DNA of 64,000 nucleotides from Haplodiscus bocki (Eukaryota): NCBI GenBank assembly GCA_965655095.1, contig OZ296658.1, positions 34,844,001 to 34,908,000 of the forward strand, read 5' to 3'. Shown piece by piece: positions 25,021 to 38,294 of this stretch (position 1 is its first letter; each line of letters starts with the position of its first letter). The notes under the pieces were generated by a model. It saw only the letters and a program-made list of their open reading frames with translations, ran no database searches and was not told where the DNA came from. The position numbers and the translations under genes were made by a program.

Positions 25021-26711
25021 ACTAACAAAACTTTCAGTAGACAATTTGCTGGATAAACTTCCTCCCCCCCCCTCAATTTATAAAATAAGATATTTATTTA
25101 TATATGTTAATATATATATACATATACAAGCCTAAGCATATTTATGTATTTATGTGCAAAATCCATACCAATATCAAACAAGCTTGTATCATTAGCAAAC
25201 GGATATAAACAAATACTTACAGTGCTCAATTAACTTGCAGTCTTATACTCAATTTTGATTGGTCGGAAAAAGTACACTTGTCAAAATTTTGACCCAGCAA
25301 CGGCACTGCTGGAGAGTGGTCAAAGCTGGTCACAAGGACCTAATTTTGACCACTTCGCTCAAAGCGAGTGGTCGCTTCAGAACACAAGGGGAAATACGGC
25401 TAAATCAAGTCGCAAATGTTAAGGAATGACCATATTTAATTAGAAGACGTTGCTATGTATTTACATAGGTATATAATCTTCTACTATGTGATGCTAAATT
25501 ATCCAAGACTTGTTATTAATTAACCACAAGTGAAAATGTTTTTTTGGTCAAAAGACGGTCATAACGCCCACTTTTGATCACCACATATTAACTGGAAGCC
25601 AAAACATCTGCATGAAGTTCAATATCAACATGCTTGTCATATTTAGTATATTATAACCATAAATTACCACCCATGATATAAACCATACATGCAAACATGG
25701 TTTTCTTGGCCTTTACCATTTATCCACAATATGTAACTTTAATTTGATTGTCATGACTTATTCGGCAGTCCTCCTTTTGATGTTTGTTTTGTTACTATTT
25801 TTAAAGTGATGTCATGATAATGATATGTAAAACGCAGGTTGATCCCTTTGATGTGTTGACTAAGAATAGAGAGGCGAACGTGACGTCAGTAGATTGTGCC
25901 ACCCAATTGGTCGACCAATTTCAGGTCAAACTAGGGAAAGGGTAACACACAACTGACTAGGGAGCCATCAACAGAAGGAAGTTTGCGATCCTGAAAAACA
26001 GTTCAATAAAACGCTCATTCTAAACTGATACTCCTTATTTTGGATTTTTTAAACCTTCAATAAGCTTTGTTTGGTAAATTGCTATCACGTTTATTTGTTT
26101 CCTTTGATATAAAAATCTTAAGTGCAATTCATTTATTGAAACAGACATGGTTTCTACTCGCAAGAAATGGCTGTCAAACAGAAGGCTTCTCAGCCAATTA
26201 GATGACTTCGATCAGGATATGGTTATTGCCAACGCTGCTAGTGAAAGACAAGAAAATGTTGTGGCCAATGAAGGCACTAACGACCGAGATTTTACTGTTT
26301 TTATTTCTAGTAACAATTCAGCTGTCAATTAAAATGCAATGAATGTGAAAATTTTGGAAAAGTGTTTTAATGAAAGGATTGACAGAGAAATGAGCAATAT
26401 TGTTGATACAGTTGAAGATAGGATACAGAATGCAATTTTGACCGCTATTGGTAACATTGTTCTTCCTAAAATTGAATTAGCAATCGGGTCAATAAATGCA
26501 TCTTCTGGACGGGATGCGACTAGTGTGTCTGCAAACTCAGAACCTAGGGAACATGTAGGCATTCTTACTTCTTTTGAAAACGTATCTGGAAACAACAATA
26601 CACTAGGTGTATCAAATGTAAATGATGAGACTCGACACAACATTCCAGACGAGGTAAGTGAATTGTCGGTCCCCGAAACACATTTTGACCGGCAAGCACA
26701 CACTCATCATA
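24920..26711 (+). repeat. 3' LTR (1792 bp)
   Basis: Direct repeat of 11603-13398; contains the gag N-terminal copy at 26147-26711. Confidence 0.95.
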
Positions 26712-26799
26712 CTAACCCGGTTAAGAATCACAAACCACGCTTTTCTAAATTTTTCATGGAATCATTTCAACACTAGACTTCTTGAGAATTATCAAGCAA

Positions 26800-29700
26800 A
26801 TTCAAGCATTTCGACAATCCAACTATGTCCAAAAACATCACTGGTTTAAAGGGCAATAATCACACAAACTTGTCAAGTCCAATCCCATTCATCAAAAATC
26901 TAATCCAAATAAACAGAACGCAAACCCTATTTGATAAAACCCCTCCAAATTTTTACCCTCTACCAAGGTTCTTGGAGTTGTTTTTCTTTCAAAGTTTCAA
27001 ACGTCGTTTTTTCTTCCCGAAAAACTTCATTTTATGCGCAAACCGAAGATCAATTGCTTAACAAAAAACCAACAAAAACGTAAATCAATATGGTGTTTGA
27101 GTCCAAAGTATAGTCGAAAAGCGATGGTTTAACGCATCAGGCAAATTTCAAAACTAAAAACGCACAGAAAATTTTACAAGAGATTAAGTCACAAAAAACA
27201 GATTTTCCACACAAAAGCCAAATTAAACAACTCGCGACAACATTCTATTCTCCCCAAAAGTTCAGAACACTGTTATTCCGCGAAAATTCAGAATATTCCA
27301 TGAAATTAAAAAAAAACAAAAAATCGGTTGTTTTGCAACTCCCATTTTTTTCAAGAAGTTCTCGGAATACCAACATAACGTTGTCAAAACTGCTACACAC
27401 AATACTCTCCAAAATTACCACCCAATTCAAATGGAAGTCCACCCTCCTACTGGATTTCTATCAGTGAAATTTTGAACCTACTTCACTGAATTTTCAAACA
27501 CAACCTGAATGAATGTTTTGAAGGAAACAAATCAGAATAAATGAAATGTGTTTTCGAAATAAGTGGAAAGTTTACGAACCTGAACAGGTTCAAACTTCCT
27601 GATTTTTGTTAAGAACAGCTCAAGTTTTTTCTTGAACTGACCTTTCGAGCTTCTATTTTTTCCCCAAAAATGAATCTTCAGGACTTTGTGAAACTTTTAC
27701 ACAAAATAAAAATTCTCATGCCACTAACAAAAATGATTTTGGAAGAGAATCAAAGAAATTCCAAAAAGGTTAAAAAAAATCACGATCTTTCAACGCATCG
27801 GCCAACAAAAGTTCGAACTCATGACCGTGAAGAAATCATCCAAAACTTCAGTACAATAATCAGAGAAGCAAAATTGGTTCGTCAATTGATGAATCTCATA
27901 CATATGACACCACACTTTCTTTCTCACCTTTTAGAAACAAGAGGAGATACAGATAAGAAATTTTTAGATGATCGACATCCTCATTGAATTGGTGATTGAT
28001 ATTTCTAATTCTGGCCTATTGACCCTTTAGTTTCCCACATAGCGAGGTTTAACAAATTTATATATTCGAAATAAACTTGTTGTAATCATATGCAAATGTT
28101 CCTCTCGATGAAGAAACAATCACCTGAAATGATTTTATCTCCGTTGACATTTTCTCCACTAAAATCAGACTGCTAGAGGGTCTGAAAAGACTCAGAATCT
28201 TCTTTACTGAATGATTGTCCTTTTTTACTACAACATCTATTATTGTTGCAGGATCCGCAGTAGTCTAAAACGACGGCATATTACTGTTAGCCCAAATTGA
28301 AGTCTAAGTTTGATTTTTTTTGAAATGCACGAACGTTGCGGCAGGCATTGTAGCCAGCCATGTAGGACATAAAACTGGCAAAAAAATTTAAAACCTATGC
28401 ACAAGAAAGTTGATGCAATCCAAAAAACAAAACGTTGCAAATTTAAAAAGGTTGTCAAAAAATTGGCGGGATTTATGAATTTTTTTCTCCGATTTCTTAA
28501 AATCTTCTCGTTCTATTGAACACCTCCAGTGATCAATTACCTCATGATGTTTCGTTCCATTGCAACTCGTATATGGTATACTAGTATACCATCTCAAATG
28601 TTCCTTTGAAGCAAAATCAAATGCAGTGGAACCCAAAACAACTCAACCATATCAAACTACGGTTGAAGGCTCCCGAAAAGGCGTCAGAGTTTTTTTTGAA
28701 AAGCTGAAGCAAATGATTCAGAGGGAGGCAAACCACAAGTCAAAAGTATTTCTTTGATTTCCCGGGTTGTAACTACAAAAGAACAGAAAATAGCTAAAAA
28801 GGGAAAAAACACATAACAAGCCTTTTGTTTAAATCATTGTTCTGTTTTGTTTCAAGCAAAACAGAAACTGGCCCTGGATTCCGCAGAATACAAATGTTAC
28901 TTAATTATTACATTAATTTAAAAAACGATTGGACACTTGGAAAGAATCACACTACAGCAGATAAGCTCAACCGCAATCTTACCACATTAGCGTTTTAGCA
29001 TAATATTACCCTCCGATCTACACATACTTAACCATCCAGATTAATGCAGCCCCAGATTTCAATTACCTTTACAGTCAAAACAATGAACAAACTATTTTGC
29101 GTTTTTTAACTAAGTTTGAAAAATTTACACCGTTCAAGAAAATTGATTCAAATGGAATATATTGACAAACTTTGGAACTGATCACTCGACCATAAGATAT
29201 AACAATTACGGAAAAGAAGCTATCACTAACCCAGTAGAAACTTTTTTGTTTGGTTCATTAGTTCTTTCCAAAGTCGGTAGAATAAACGATCGAAAAAAAC
29301 CTTATGTCTTTACTTCAGCAGTCTCCAGTTTTAAGCGTAACAGAATCCCTCAAGGTTGATACACAATTGCAAAAGAATTCTAAACTAACAGGCAACAAAA
29401 GAATTTGATTTAAACAAACCACCCAAAACGTTTCAAACAAATTCTACAGTGGGAACTAAACCCCGAATTTGACCTACAGTGGAACTCTACGTTACAGACA
29501 ACCTACAACAAAATTTTTTCAAGACTCCGTCGTTTTTTTGAACATTATTACTCCTTTCAAGACTTCTTTTGTCCAGCAAAGAGCTTTGTTTGAATGAACT
29601 GATTCCAAAGACCAAAACAAAAACCCTTTTTTTCCAGACAGCAAGTAAGTAACACGGCTCTGGAACAATGCAAAGTCAGACATAATCATACTTGAAATTT

Positions 29701-30600
29701 CTGGAAGTTCCTTTCAATATGAAAATTGAAAACATTTCACTAAACTTTATTTTGATAACTGACAAAACAAACTTAAATACCCCATATTTTTCATTCAAAA
29801 CCCTCACGAAAATATTTCGGAACAGTAGCGATCTTTCATTTTACTCGTGTCCCGTTATTTGTCAGACTACATTACGCAGCTTTCGCTGATTCCAACAAAC
29901 AAACAGACATTGACGTTCTTGTGGAAGAATTACCACAAATACTGTTAGCCAATACCTTTTTGTAGCACTTCTTGCAAAACGGACTTCAATCTTTATCTAT
30001 GACTGCCTTCAATGCCAGACAAACCAGCATTTCAGCATTCAGAAATAAACTGCAATTGTCGAAGTTCTGCATGAAACAACGCCAATTTTCATCGAACGTA
30101 CTTCAAAAGACACTAATGGTCTCATATTTTCTTCATATTAACGACTTTTTTATAAAAACGATTTGATATACCTTTTTTGTTTTTTAACGCGGTTGTCGCT
30201 TTACTTGGAATGACGGAATGATTTCATCCCCAAACCTATTTAAACGTTGGATTTTGTTACCGAAATTATCAAGAAACACACGCTACAGACATATGTATCT
30301 TTCATGACAGTCGTGATGCACCTCGTATTTCAACTTGACCATGGACAAACGGACTAGCTAAAGTCCACAATTAAGACTTGACACTCAGTCAACAATTTTT
30401 TCACATCGAATCCTTGATAATTCATCTACTCAATCCAAATCTTTTTTCCACTCCAAAAACCTCCTTCTTTTATCACCAAGTGAAATTGTTTTTCAATTCA
30501 AACAGCTAGCTCTATTAATTTTGTACTTGAATTGAATACATGACAAAATTAGATCGTCTAAGCACCAGAACAATACAGAACTCCCAACTCCTTCTCTTTG
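26800..30600 (-). pseudogene. Highly decayed Maverick/Polinton pPolB remnant
   Basis: ORF 28388-28636 (LRWYTSIPYTSCNGTKHH...FLDCINF) and ORF 28240-28458 (FYVLHGWLQCLPQ) resemble the pPolB segments GIDASQLYPYSMCQPMP, KIDCFSV and GCFYHFCPCQ. Boundaries approximate. Confidence 0.45.
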
Positions 30601-30989
30601 TTATATACAAAGACCCGTAGGCAACTTTAAAAATTGCGCGTAAATGCAGTTAAGTTTTCATATTTTTGACTAAAAATAGTTTTTTCCGGACCTTCATCAG
30701 CTGTTACGAGGGCACTTTTCGCAGACTGATCTACGACAATTTTCACAGGGTGGCTTTTCAAGGCTCTAGCAAAGTAAACGTAGTTCTCTATCGATGGGCA
30801 ATTAAGAGAAATGTGAAAATTGATCACTGAAGTTTTCCACTTTGACCCATAGAAGGAGATTCATTTGTTGGCATTTTAAGATAAATCGCCTCTATTTGCA
30901 GCTTACGAAGTCAATTTACGCAATTTACTGTCAGTCTCAAAGATTTAAAATATTCATATTGAAATTGAAAAATATATGAATTTATCATA

Positions 30990-31325
30990 TATTGGATCCT
31001 GACAGGTTTTCCATGATCGTGTATGATGATGGTAGTCTTTTGGAGATGCATGCAGAAGCATGGTAGCCTTCTCAGGATGCAGGGTGCATGACAACCTTGG
31101 TAAAATTCGTCATGATCCTTTGAAGATCTCAGCAAGGCTATCATGCAAATTCAACTTTCTCAAGTTTGGCAATATACATAGAAAAAATTGGAATCCTTGA
31201 CGAAATCCACCGTAAAAAATGCAAAGATAGCTATTAGCCATGATTGAACATGATCATGGTAGCCATGCCAAAAGCTTGCCTGCATTATGACAAGAGCTTG
31301 GAAATTGTACGCGTTTCAATGGGTT
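30990..31325. repeat. CATG-rich short interspersed (MITE-like) repeat
   Basis: Dense CATG/CATGAT/ATCATG words, e.g. catgattgaacatgatcatggtagccatgcc. Confidence 0.35.
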
Positions 31326-31826
31326 GGGACTGGTTTCTGATACAAGTTTGGCCTCTAACGTCTAGGAAGATGTCATAGCAGTTCCTCAATTATATGCTCA
31401 GACAAATTGCTTCCTAATCACCCGGTCAGCTTCCATGGGTTAATTGCGGAATCCGCATGTAATTGATAGTTCCAGAAAAAGTGGAAGCATTTACCTGTGC
31501 TCGTTTGCTGGCATTTTGCTTGTGCATTCTTAAAATGGACTGCTGACCTTCTGTTTTTCACTGAACAGTATGAAATGAAAGCGAAGTATGAAAAACTTAA
31601 ATCACTATTGCCAATGTGCGGAGCAGCGTACTTGAGAAACTTCTGAAAAGCTGGTTGGCACAATTTGGTTTCTGTAAAAATGTTTGGGCAATCCAAGATA
31701 GCAGATGAAAATGGAAGGAAAGGAAGTTTTCTCAAAACTTTTTTAGTTCATGCAATTCTTGAGCTAACGCTTAATTCAATTTGATTTTCCGTAACCCCTG
31801 TTTTTTACAGAGCCAAGGAAACCAGA

Positions 31827-34800
31827 ATGCAATCAACGCCAATTGAAAAGAGTGCATTAGGAACACAAATACAGCTTGGAACCTTGTACGATGCAGTTAA
31901 CGGGACATTTTTTACTGGTTATAGCTTGTGGAAGCTCGCAGACATCGAAGAGAGCCAGCGAATATTACCGACAACCAGCATTAAACTAAAAATTTCTTCT
32001 TCTCTGGAGGAAACTCGAGAGAATTTTGGAATTGACGCAGAATCACGTCTTGGACTAAACTTCCAGATGTGCAAACTGAGTGGTTTTGCTAAATTTTTGG
32101 AAGAAAAAGCAAATGAAAGTCGAGAAGCAAGAGTGGATATAACCTGTGTCAAGGTAAACCAGACCAGAAGCATTCCAATGGAGACTATGGTTAATCTCAA
32201 GTTTGACAAGGTTGTATTCCAAAACTGTGCTGATGTTACCCATTTTGTTGCAGAAGTAACAGAGGGGGCTTTTGGTAACATTTCTCTCATTAAAACGTGT
32301 TCTGATTCAGAAGAAGCTAGGAAAGTTGCTGGCTCTATATCCGGGTCACTAAAACAGTTTTGTTTCTCAGTGGAAGGAGGGGAAAATAGCTTAGAACTTG
32401 GTACTCATAAAAACTTCAGAAAGGAAAACTTCGAAATTAACGCTGAAGGAGCTATCGATGAGCCAATTGGGACTTTTGAAGAGGCTGCGAGAATTGGCAA
32501 AGATCTGCCCAAAACATTGAAAGCAGTTAGTAATACATTGACAGTGAAACTTTTGCCGATTTCAATTTTGGACTCAGCTGTAAGAATAATCGTACGGAAT
32601 TTGGATGAAAATGTCATCGAAGAAATAAATTCGACATTAAAAGCGGCAAAGGTAACAGTGGAGTCATTGTCAGAGCTGGAAAACCTTGCAAATATGGCCT
32701 ATTTTGCAAATCTGAAACGACAAGGCCAAAACTTTAGAAATCAATTTAATGACTGCTTCGCGGAATTCCAGCAATCAATCAGGAAACTACTTCCTCAATT
32801 GAAACTGGGATCCGTAGAAGATGATATTCTAATGTTAGAACTTGATAAAACAGTTGGGCTTATGAAAAAGCGATGTTTAATAGGGAGCGAATACGTTGCA
32901 AAAAAGCATAGGGAATCTGAATCCATTCTCGCTACGTTTGAATCTTTGGAGTCTATTGGGTTCAAAAACTCATTCAAGAACACTGGTGATATAGGAAAAA
33001 GTTTGATTAACAAATCAAGCGGCATCAAGCTTCTACTCAATTTTTCCGGCGAAGGTATAGGTGACATACATCACCCAATGGAGAATTTCCTGAAAACAAC
33101 TTCAACAACTGAAGACGAATCCCAAGGCGGAAACAAATCATCGGATTCTGATGAAGAAAACTTAGAATGGTTCGAGGATGATGTAAAAATTATGCTTCTG
33201 CGGTAGTCTGTCTCGGAGATCCAGGAGCTCAAGAAAAACAATGATTTGGTGGGAAAAAAAGACATAGAGTATTGTTTTTCGGCAGTATCAAAAGCTATAC
33301 CAGCAAATAAAAAAAGGAAACCACGGAAAACTCGAGTTGGAGATATCATCATGGTCGATGAAGGAAACAATTACACAGTTACAGGTTATTTACCTCAAAC
33401 TCCTTCTCATGTCAAAGTGACTGTCTGCAAGCAAGTCGTAACTGTAGTATGGACACTTGACGAGAATCCTGTTCTTCCCATTTCATCTTTTTTAATTAGA
33501 TGGCGTCCAAAAGGTAATCCTTCATTGGATTCTTTCGATAACATGTTCGGTGACGACGAATTGTGGGACTCTAAAGAAATAGATTCGCATGACTTCAAAT
33601 TTGTCATTCATGAATATTTCAATGGCATGTTGCACTCGGACACTGATTTTGAAGTAGAAGTTGCATCAGGAAATTCGGTTGGTTTTTCAAAATTTAGCAG
33701 GGTGGCTGGCCGGACAGAAAAAAGAGCATCTGTAGCTTCATCCTTGCTAAATTTTTATTTTGAAAATAAAATAGTATTGGATGGTAAACCGACAAAAACA
33801 AATTCACAGGTTGGAAGTCGACCATGGGAGATTGTTGATGGTAAAAAACCATGGGAATTGATAAAAGATACGCTTTTCCTTGGTTTCCAAACGCATTCGA
33901 TTCAGAAATGTACCGCTGAGGGTTATGAAGATGACATTGCTGTATTGATTGTTGATGTTGTCTCTGAATACGAGCCGGAAATATCAACCGCCCACCCAGA
34001 AGATGAAAAAGCTCGAATAATAATGTTTGTAGGTGAGACAGGGTCTGGCAAGACAACACAAATAAATGCTTTCGTGTCGTTTTTATTGGGTGGCGACTTG
34101 ATGGATAGTCATCACATACTTTTGATTGACGACAGAAACCTCGACCAAACTCAGTCAATAACTCGTTACATAACTGTTTATAGAGTTCGATTTTGGTCAG
34201 ATAGGTTTGTAAAAACACATTCACATCATTGATACTCCTGGCTACGCGATACAGAATCGTAACATACCGGGTTTGACCGAGAGAAGTTCACAACAGCTTC
34301 CATGGAAGTATTGTTCAACACATTCGTTGCCTGAGATGAATACGATTTATGAGAATTCGAAGTCAGGGCTTACTAGAGCTACTGTGGGGATTACAGCAGT
34401 TGTTATAAATATTTTTCAGCTATTTGCAAAAAACGTACGGCAATGTCTGCGAACAATCTTGACATTTAGTGACATGGGCAAATCACCTGCTATTCCAGTG
34501 TTAAGAAGTTTAGATTGGCCCTTGCATTCAGGCACTTTAGTAGAAGTGAACAATTCTGCCTTCCGCATCGCAGATGCTGACAATAGCAAAGACCCCAAGG
34601 TAAGATCCTGGTGGAAACTTTCCATGGAGGGTCAAAGAGAAGTTGCAAGAATGCTACATTCGATGGAAGCTGTTCCTACTGCTCAAAGTGCCCAAGTGAC
34701 TCATAACAGAATATCCCTGTCTGAAATATGCACCATTGTTGAAAAGCAAGTTTTACGCACTGCAAATGAAACTGCCAACTTGTTAAGGAATTTAGATTCA

Positions 34801-35709
34801 ATATCAAAAGCTATTGGGGCGTCGCCAGGGGAAAAGGTTAAGGTGACTACTATAAAAACCAAGCAACAAGATGTCCCAGACGGTAAGCATACTACTCTAT
34901 GCACAAATTGCAACTATACTTGTCACGAAACTTGTTCCAGAGGTGACCAGAAAAAGCGTTGTAAAGTTATGACTAAGGACCACTGCAGAGTTTGCAAAGG
35001 TAAATGCCACTGGAGCCAACACAAAAATGCGAGGTTCATCATTGTTCCCGAAGAAGTAACCGAATACGTGGTTCCGGAAGATCTGATTACAAATTGGAAC
35101 AGCACAACTAACTCACTAGAAGGAGCAGCAATTGATGCCATGAATAGATACATTGAATTGCAGAACACTCTGAAAAACCATATTGATACTCTTGTGGAAA
35201 TAACAGAAAACTTGAAAAACGAGTCGTTGAAGCACAATCCTGCCGCTCTTTTGAACTATTTGAAAACCTTGGTTAAGACTGCAACAGCTCAAGGTGCATC
35301 TCCAAAGCAGATAGAAGCATTAACTGGGGCCCAAAAAGCAATGATGGTGCAAGAGAATGTTGCTAAGGGTTGTGCATCTGGGTTTAATGAATCTCAAGTT
35401 TTGAGTGAAGTTGTCGAAGAAGTGAGAAAGGAGCTGGAAAGAAGGAATAATCTTTCACACATGCAGCGGGCAGTAGAAGAAACACTCCCATGCAATTTGT
35501 ATAACACCCTGTTGCAGAGACTTCCAATTACATTGCAAAGTAAAGCTCCAGCGAAGTTGAAAGAACCGAAAAAATCCAATATTGGAAAATATTGGAATAA
35601 AGAAGAAGCTCTCTTCCCCGAAAATTTGAAAGCAATCGTTCAACTTTTGAAAGTGATCTTGAAAACGGGATCAGTCACGGCCGTACATTCGGAATATGCG
35701 TCCTATTGA
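31827..35709 (+). pseudogene. Stonustoxin/verrucotoxin-like MACPF domain + fibronectin type III + P-loop GTPase (AIG1/septin-like) + Cys-rich region + coiled-coil; lightly disrupted
   Basis: SALGTQIQLGTLYDAV...SGFAKFL...VTHFVAEVTEGA parallels stonustoxin ALGRPFTLGMLYDA...GGSAKYL...ATHVVTSILYGA. FN3: PQTPSHVKV...VVW...FLIRWR...DTDFEVEVASGNSVGFS. Walker A GETGSGKT; DTPG encoded at ~34231 after a frameshift; CTNCNYTCHETC...CRVCKGKCHWSQH. In-frame TAG at 33204; splice acceptor TTTTTTACAG at 31810. Confidence 0.85.
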
Positions 35710-36579
35710 AACTCTTGGTCAACGCTGAAATTTCCCCTAAATTCATCCAAAGTCTCTGCTCCTTTCGGAATTATTTATGAAAAAATGCATGGGATACCCG
35801 ATTTCCTTAATATGTAAACATTTGACGTCAACTTTATCAGAAATGATATCACTAACTTTCATCACATTGAATTGAAATCATGCAAACTGATGCACTATAT
35901 TCCTATATTCGACCATTGTTTTCAAACTTGTCCATTACGCCTCAGATTATTGAAACGTCTATCCTACTTTCTGGAGGAGAAGGAAAATTTTCGATCTAAT
36001 AATGCTCCTCTAAGTCATTAAAAATTATGAGTAAAAGATTTTGAAAGGCCGGGAAACGCGCTTCGGGAATTCCTGTAAAAATGTCCTTTTACTAAACGAC
36101 GCTTTAAGTTGACCAATTTCAATAATTCTCTTCGGTAGTTTGACACATATGAGTGCACGCAACCGGGTGAACAAAGTAGACAAGTTTTCAAAAAAATCAA
36201 AATTTTCAGATTTTACTTTTTGGAAAACGATCTGGCTGAGAGTTAAAATCTTCGCTTTACAAGTGAAAAGTATGCATTGCTGTACAATAACTTAGTTTAA
36301 CTTTTGTTACTTTTCAAAAGTTCATGAAAAATTTCATGTTTGAACCGGGTAGCTAGTCTGATTCAAGTCCAAAACAGCTCGATTGAAACCCATTATTTGG
36401 GCATTATTTTAAAAAAATATTCCTAAAATCCAAATCTATTCATTTATTGTAAATATTTTGCGCCATATTCTTTAGAACACAGAAAGCAAAACCTTCGCAT
36501 CAAACAGGTGCGTCTTCTTTTTCTTTTTCGTTTGCCAATTGAGCTCGCGCTAAAACGATGGTGGCTCTCGTGAAAATTT

Positions 36580-37775
36580 TATGCCAAGATTGCCAAGAAT
36601 GCAAAAAAGACAAAGACTGCAAAGAATGCCAAGAATGCAAAGAATTCCAAAAAAACACAGAATGCCAAAAATTCTAAGAATGCCATGATTTCCATGACTG
36701 TCAAGATTGCCCAGATTGCCGAGATTTCAATATTGACAGGACTGCTAAGATTGCCAAGAATGCGAAAACTGCAGAGAATGCAAAAAGCGCAAAAAATGCA
36801 AAGAATGCAAAAAATGCAAAGAAAGCCAAGAATAAAAACAATGCAAAGAATTCCAAAAATACACAGAATGCCAAGAAATCCAAGAATGCCACGATTGTCA
36901 AGATTGTCAAGATTGCCGAGATTGCCAGGAATGCCAAGAATGCGAAAACTGCAAAGAATGCAAAGAATGCAAAAAATGCAAAAATGCAAAAAATGCATAA
37001 ATGGAAAAACTGCCAAGATTACCAAGATTTCCAAGATTGCCAGGATTGCTAAAAGTGCCAAGATTACCGAGACTGCGGATATTCCAATGTTGACAGGACT
37101 GCTAACATTGCCAAGAATGCAAAAAGTGCAAGGAACGCAAAGACTGCAAAGAATGCAAAGGTTGCAAAGAATGCAAAGATTGTAAAAAATGCAAAAGCTC
37201 CAAAGAATGCAAACATTGCAAAAAATGCAAGAAATGCAAAGAATTCAAAGAATGCATAGAATGCAAAGAATGCAAGGAATAGAAAAATTGTAAAGACTGT
37301 AAAGAATGTAAAGAATGCAAAAACTCCAAAGAATGCAAACATTGCAAAAAATGCAAAGAATGCAAAGAATTCAAAGAATGCAAAGAATGCAAGGAATGCC
37401 AATAATGAAAAAATTTCGAAAAATACGAAGATTGCCAAGAACTCCAAGAAAGCCACGATTGGCAAATTGCCGAAATTGCCGAGATTCCAATATTGCTGAG
37501 ATTGCCAAGATCGCGAAAACTGTAAAGAATGCAAAAAATGCACGAAATACAAAGAATGGAAAGATTGCCAAGATTGCCATGATTGCCCAAATTGCCGAGA
37601 CTACCAAGGTTGCCAAGATTGCCAAGATTACCGAGATTCCAAGAATGCCATGAATGCCAAGGCTGCCAAAATGCCAAGAACGCCAAAATTGCCGAGACTG
37701 TCAGTATTGCTAAGATTGCCCAGATTGCCAATATTGCCGTTGTTGTCAGGATTGTCGCGATTGCCGAGACTGAAA
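36580..37775 (+). repeat. Degenerate tandem array of 9-bp units (GCCAAGATT / GCAAAGAAT)
   Basis: Direct inspection; the overlapping low-complexity ORFs in all frames are by-products of the array. Confidence 0.95.
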
Positions 37776-38106
37776 AAATAAAAATTCTCAAAATTTTTAA
37801 AATTTGGCTCTTTTTGAAAAATAGATGGTTTGTCGGAAAAAAACTTGATTTTTTTCAAATTTGCTAAAGGCGGCAAAATCGCTGTAGACTTCGTGTTAAA
37901 TCGTAATTTTTGCTGAAAATGTCTCTTCTGCCCGAGTTATGAGGTTTTTCTGGCGAAAAATCGGAAGTTTTTCAACATTGGAAAAGTTGGAAAATATGAT
38001 GAGGACGGAGAGTTTTCCTCGAAAAAAATGTTTTCTTGTTCTTGAAAGCTTTTTGTGCCAAAATGAGAAGGAGTGAAATATGCCGGAGGTAGATGGCGGC
38101 CTTGTT
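37776..38106 (+). mobile_element. Possible terminal segment of a non-autonomous Helitron/Helentron-like repeat carrying the 9-bp array
   Basis: Ends in the GC-rich imperfect hairpin ATATGCCGGAGGTAGATGGCGGCCTTGTT. A similar word occurs on the minus strand at ~10219-10254 (ATATCCTGGTGCTAGCCGAGCGTCTCGTT). Confidence 0.3.
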
Positions 38107-38294
38107 TAACCTTTTTCACTTAATTTTGCGATTTGATCATTCAGTCAGCTCTTTATTAAATGTATGTTTTCAAACTCGCAGCTACTTTTCACGAAACATG
38201 TTAAGTCAAGTTTGAAGGGATAACATGTCATTCGTTGCAATCATTCAATCACTTCCGTGTTCGCAAATTCAATTCCCAATTTTTTCCATCAGCT

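Larger units (their letters stand above)
11603..26711 (+). mobile_element. Full-length but defective Ty3/Gypsy (Metaviridae) LTR retrotransposon, 15.1 kb
   Basis: Paired ~1.8-kb direct repeats with TG...CA ends (the 3' copy ends CATA). 5-bp TSD CCAAC (11598-11602) / CTAAC (26712-26716). PBS present; domain order gag-PR-RT-RH-IN. Confidence 0.96.

Noticed and set aside
11603-26711. DIRS/Ngaro tyrosine-recombinase element, or an element whose genomic RNA is the minus strand
   Set aside because: Direct TG...CA LTRs, a TSD, a protease and an integrase C-terminus are present. The minus strand has no PBS or PPT at the corresponding LTR boundaries.
33204-33206. Programmed stop-codon readthrough between the toxin and GTPase halves
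   Set aside because: The paralogue has a Glu codon at this position and further frameshifts follow, so a nonsense mutation is simpler.
36579-37876. Overlapping repetitive ORFs, or a CRISPR-like array
   Set aside because: The 9-bp period keeps frames open by chance. There are no unique spacers or cas genes, and the context is eukaryotic.
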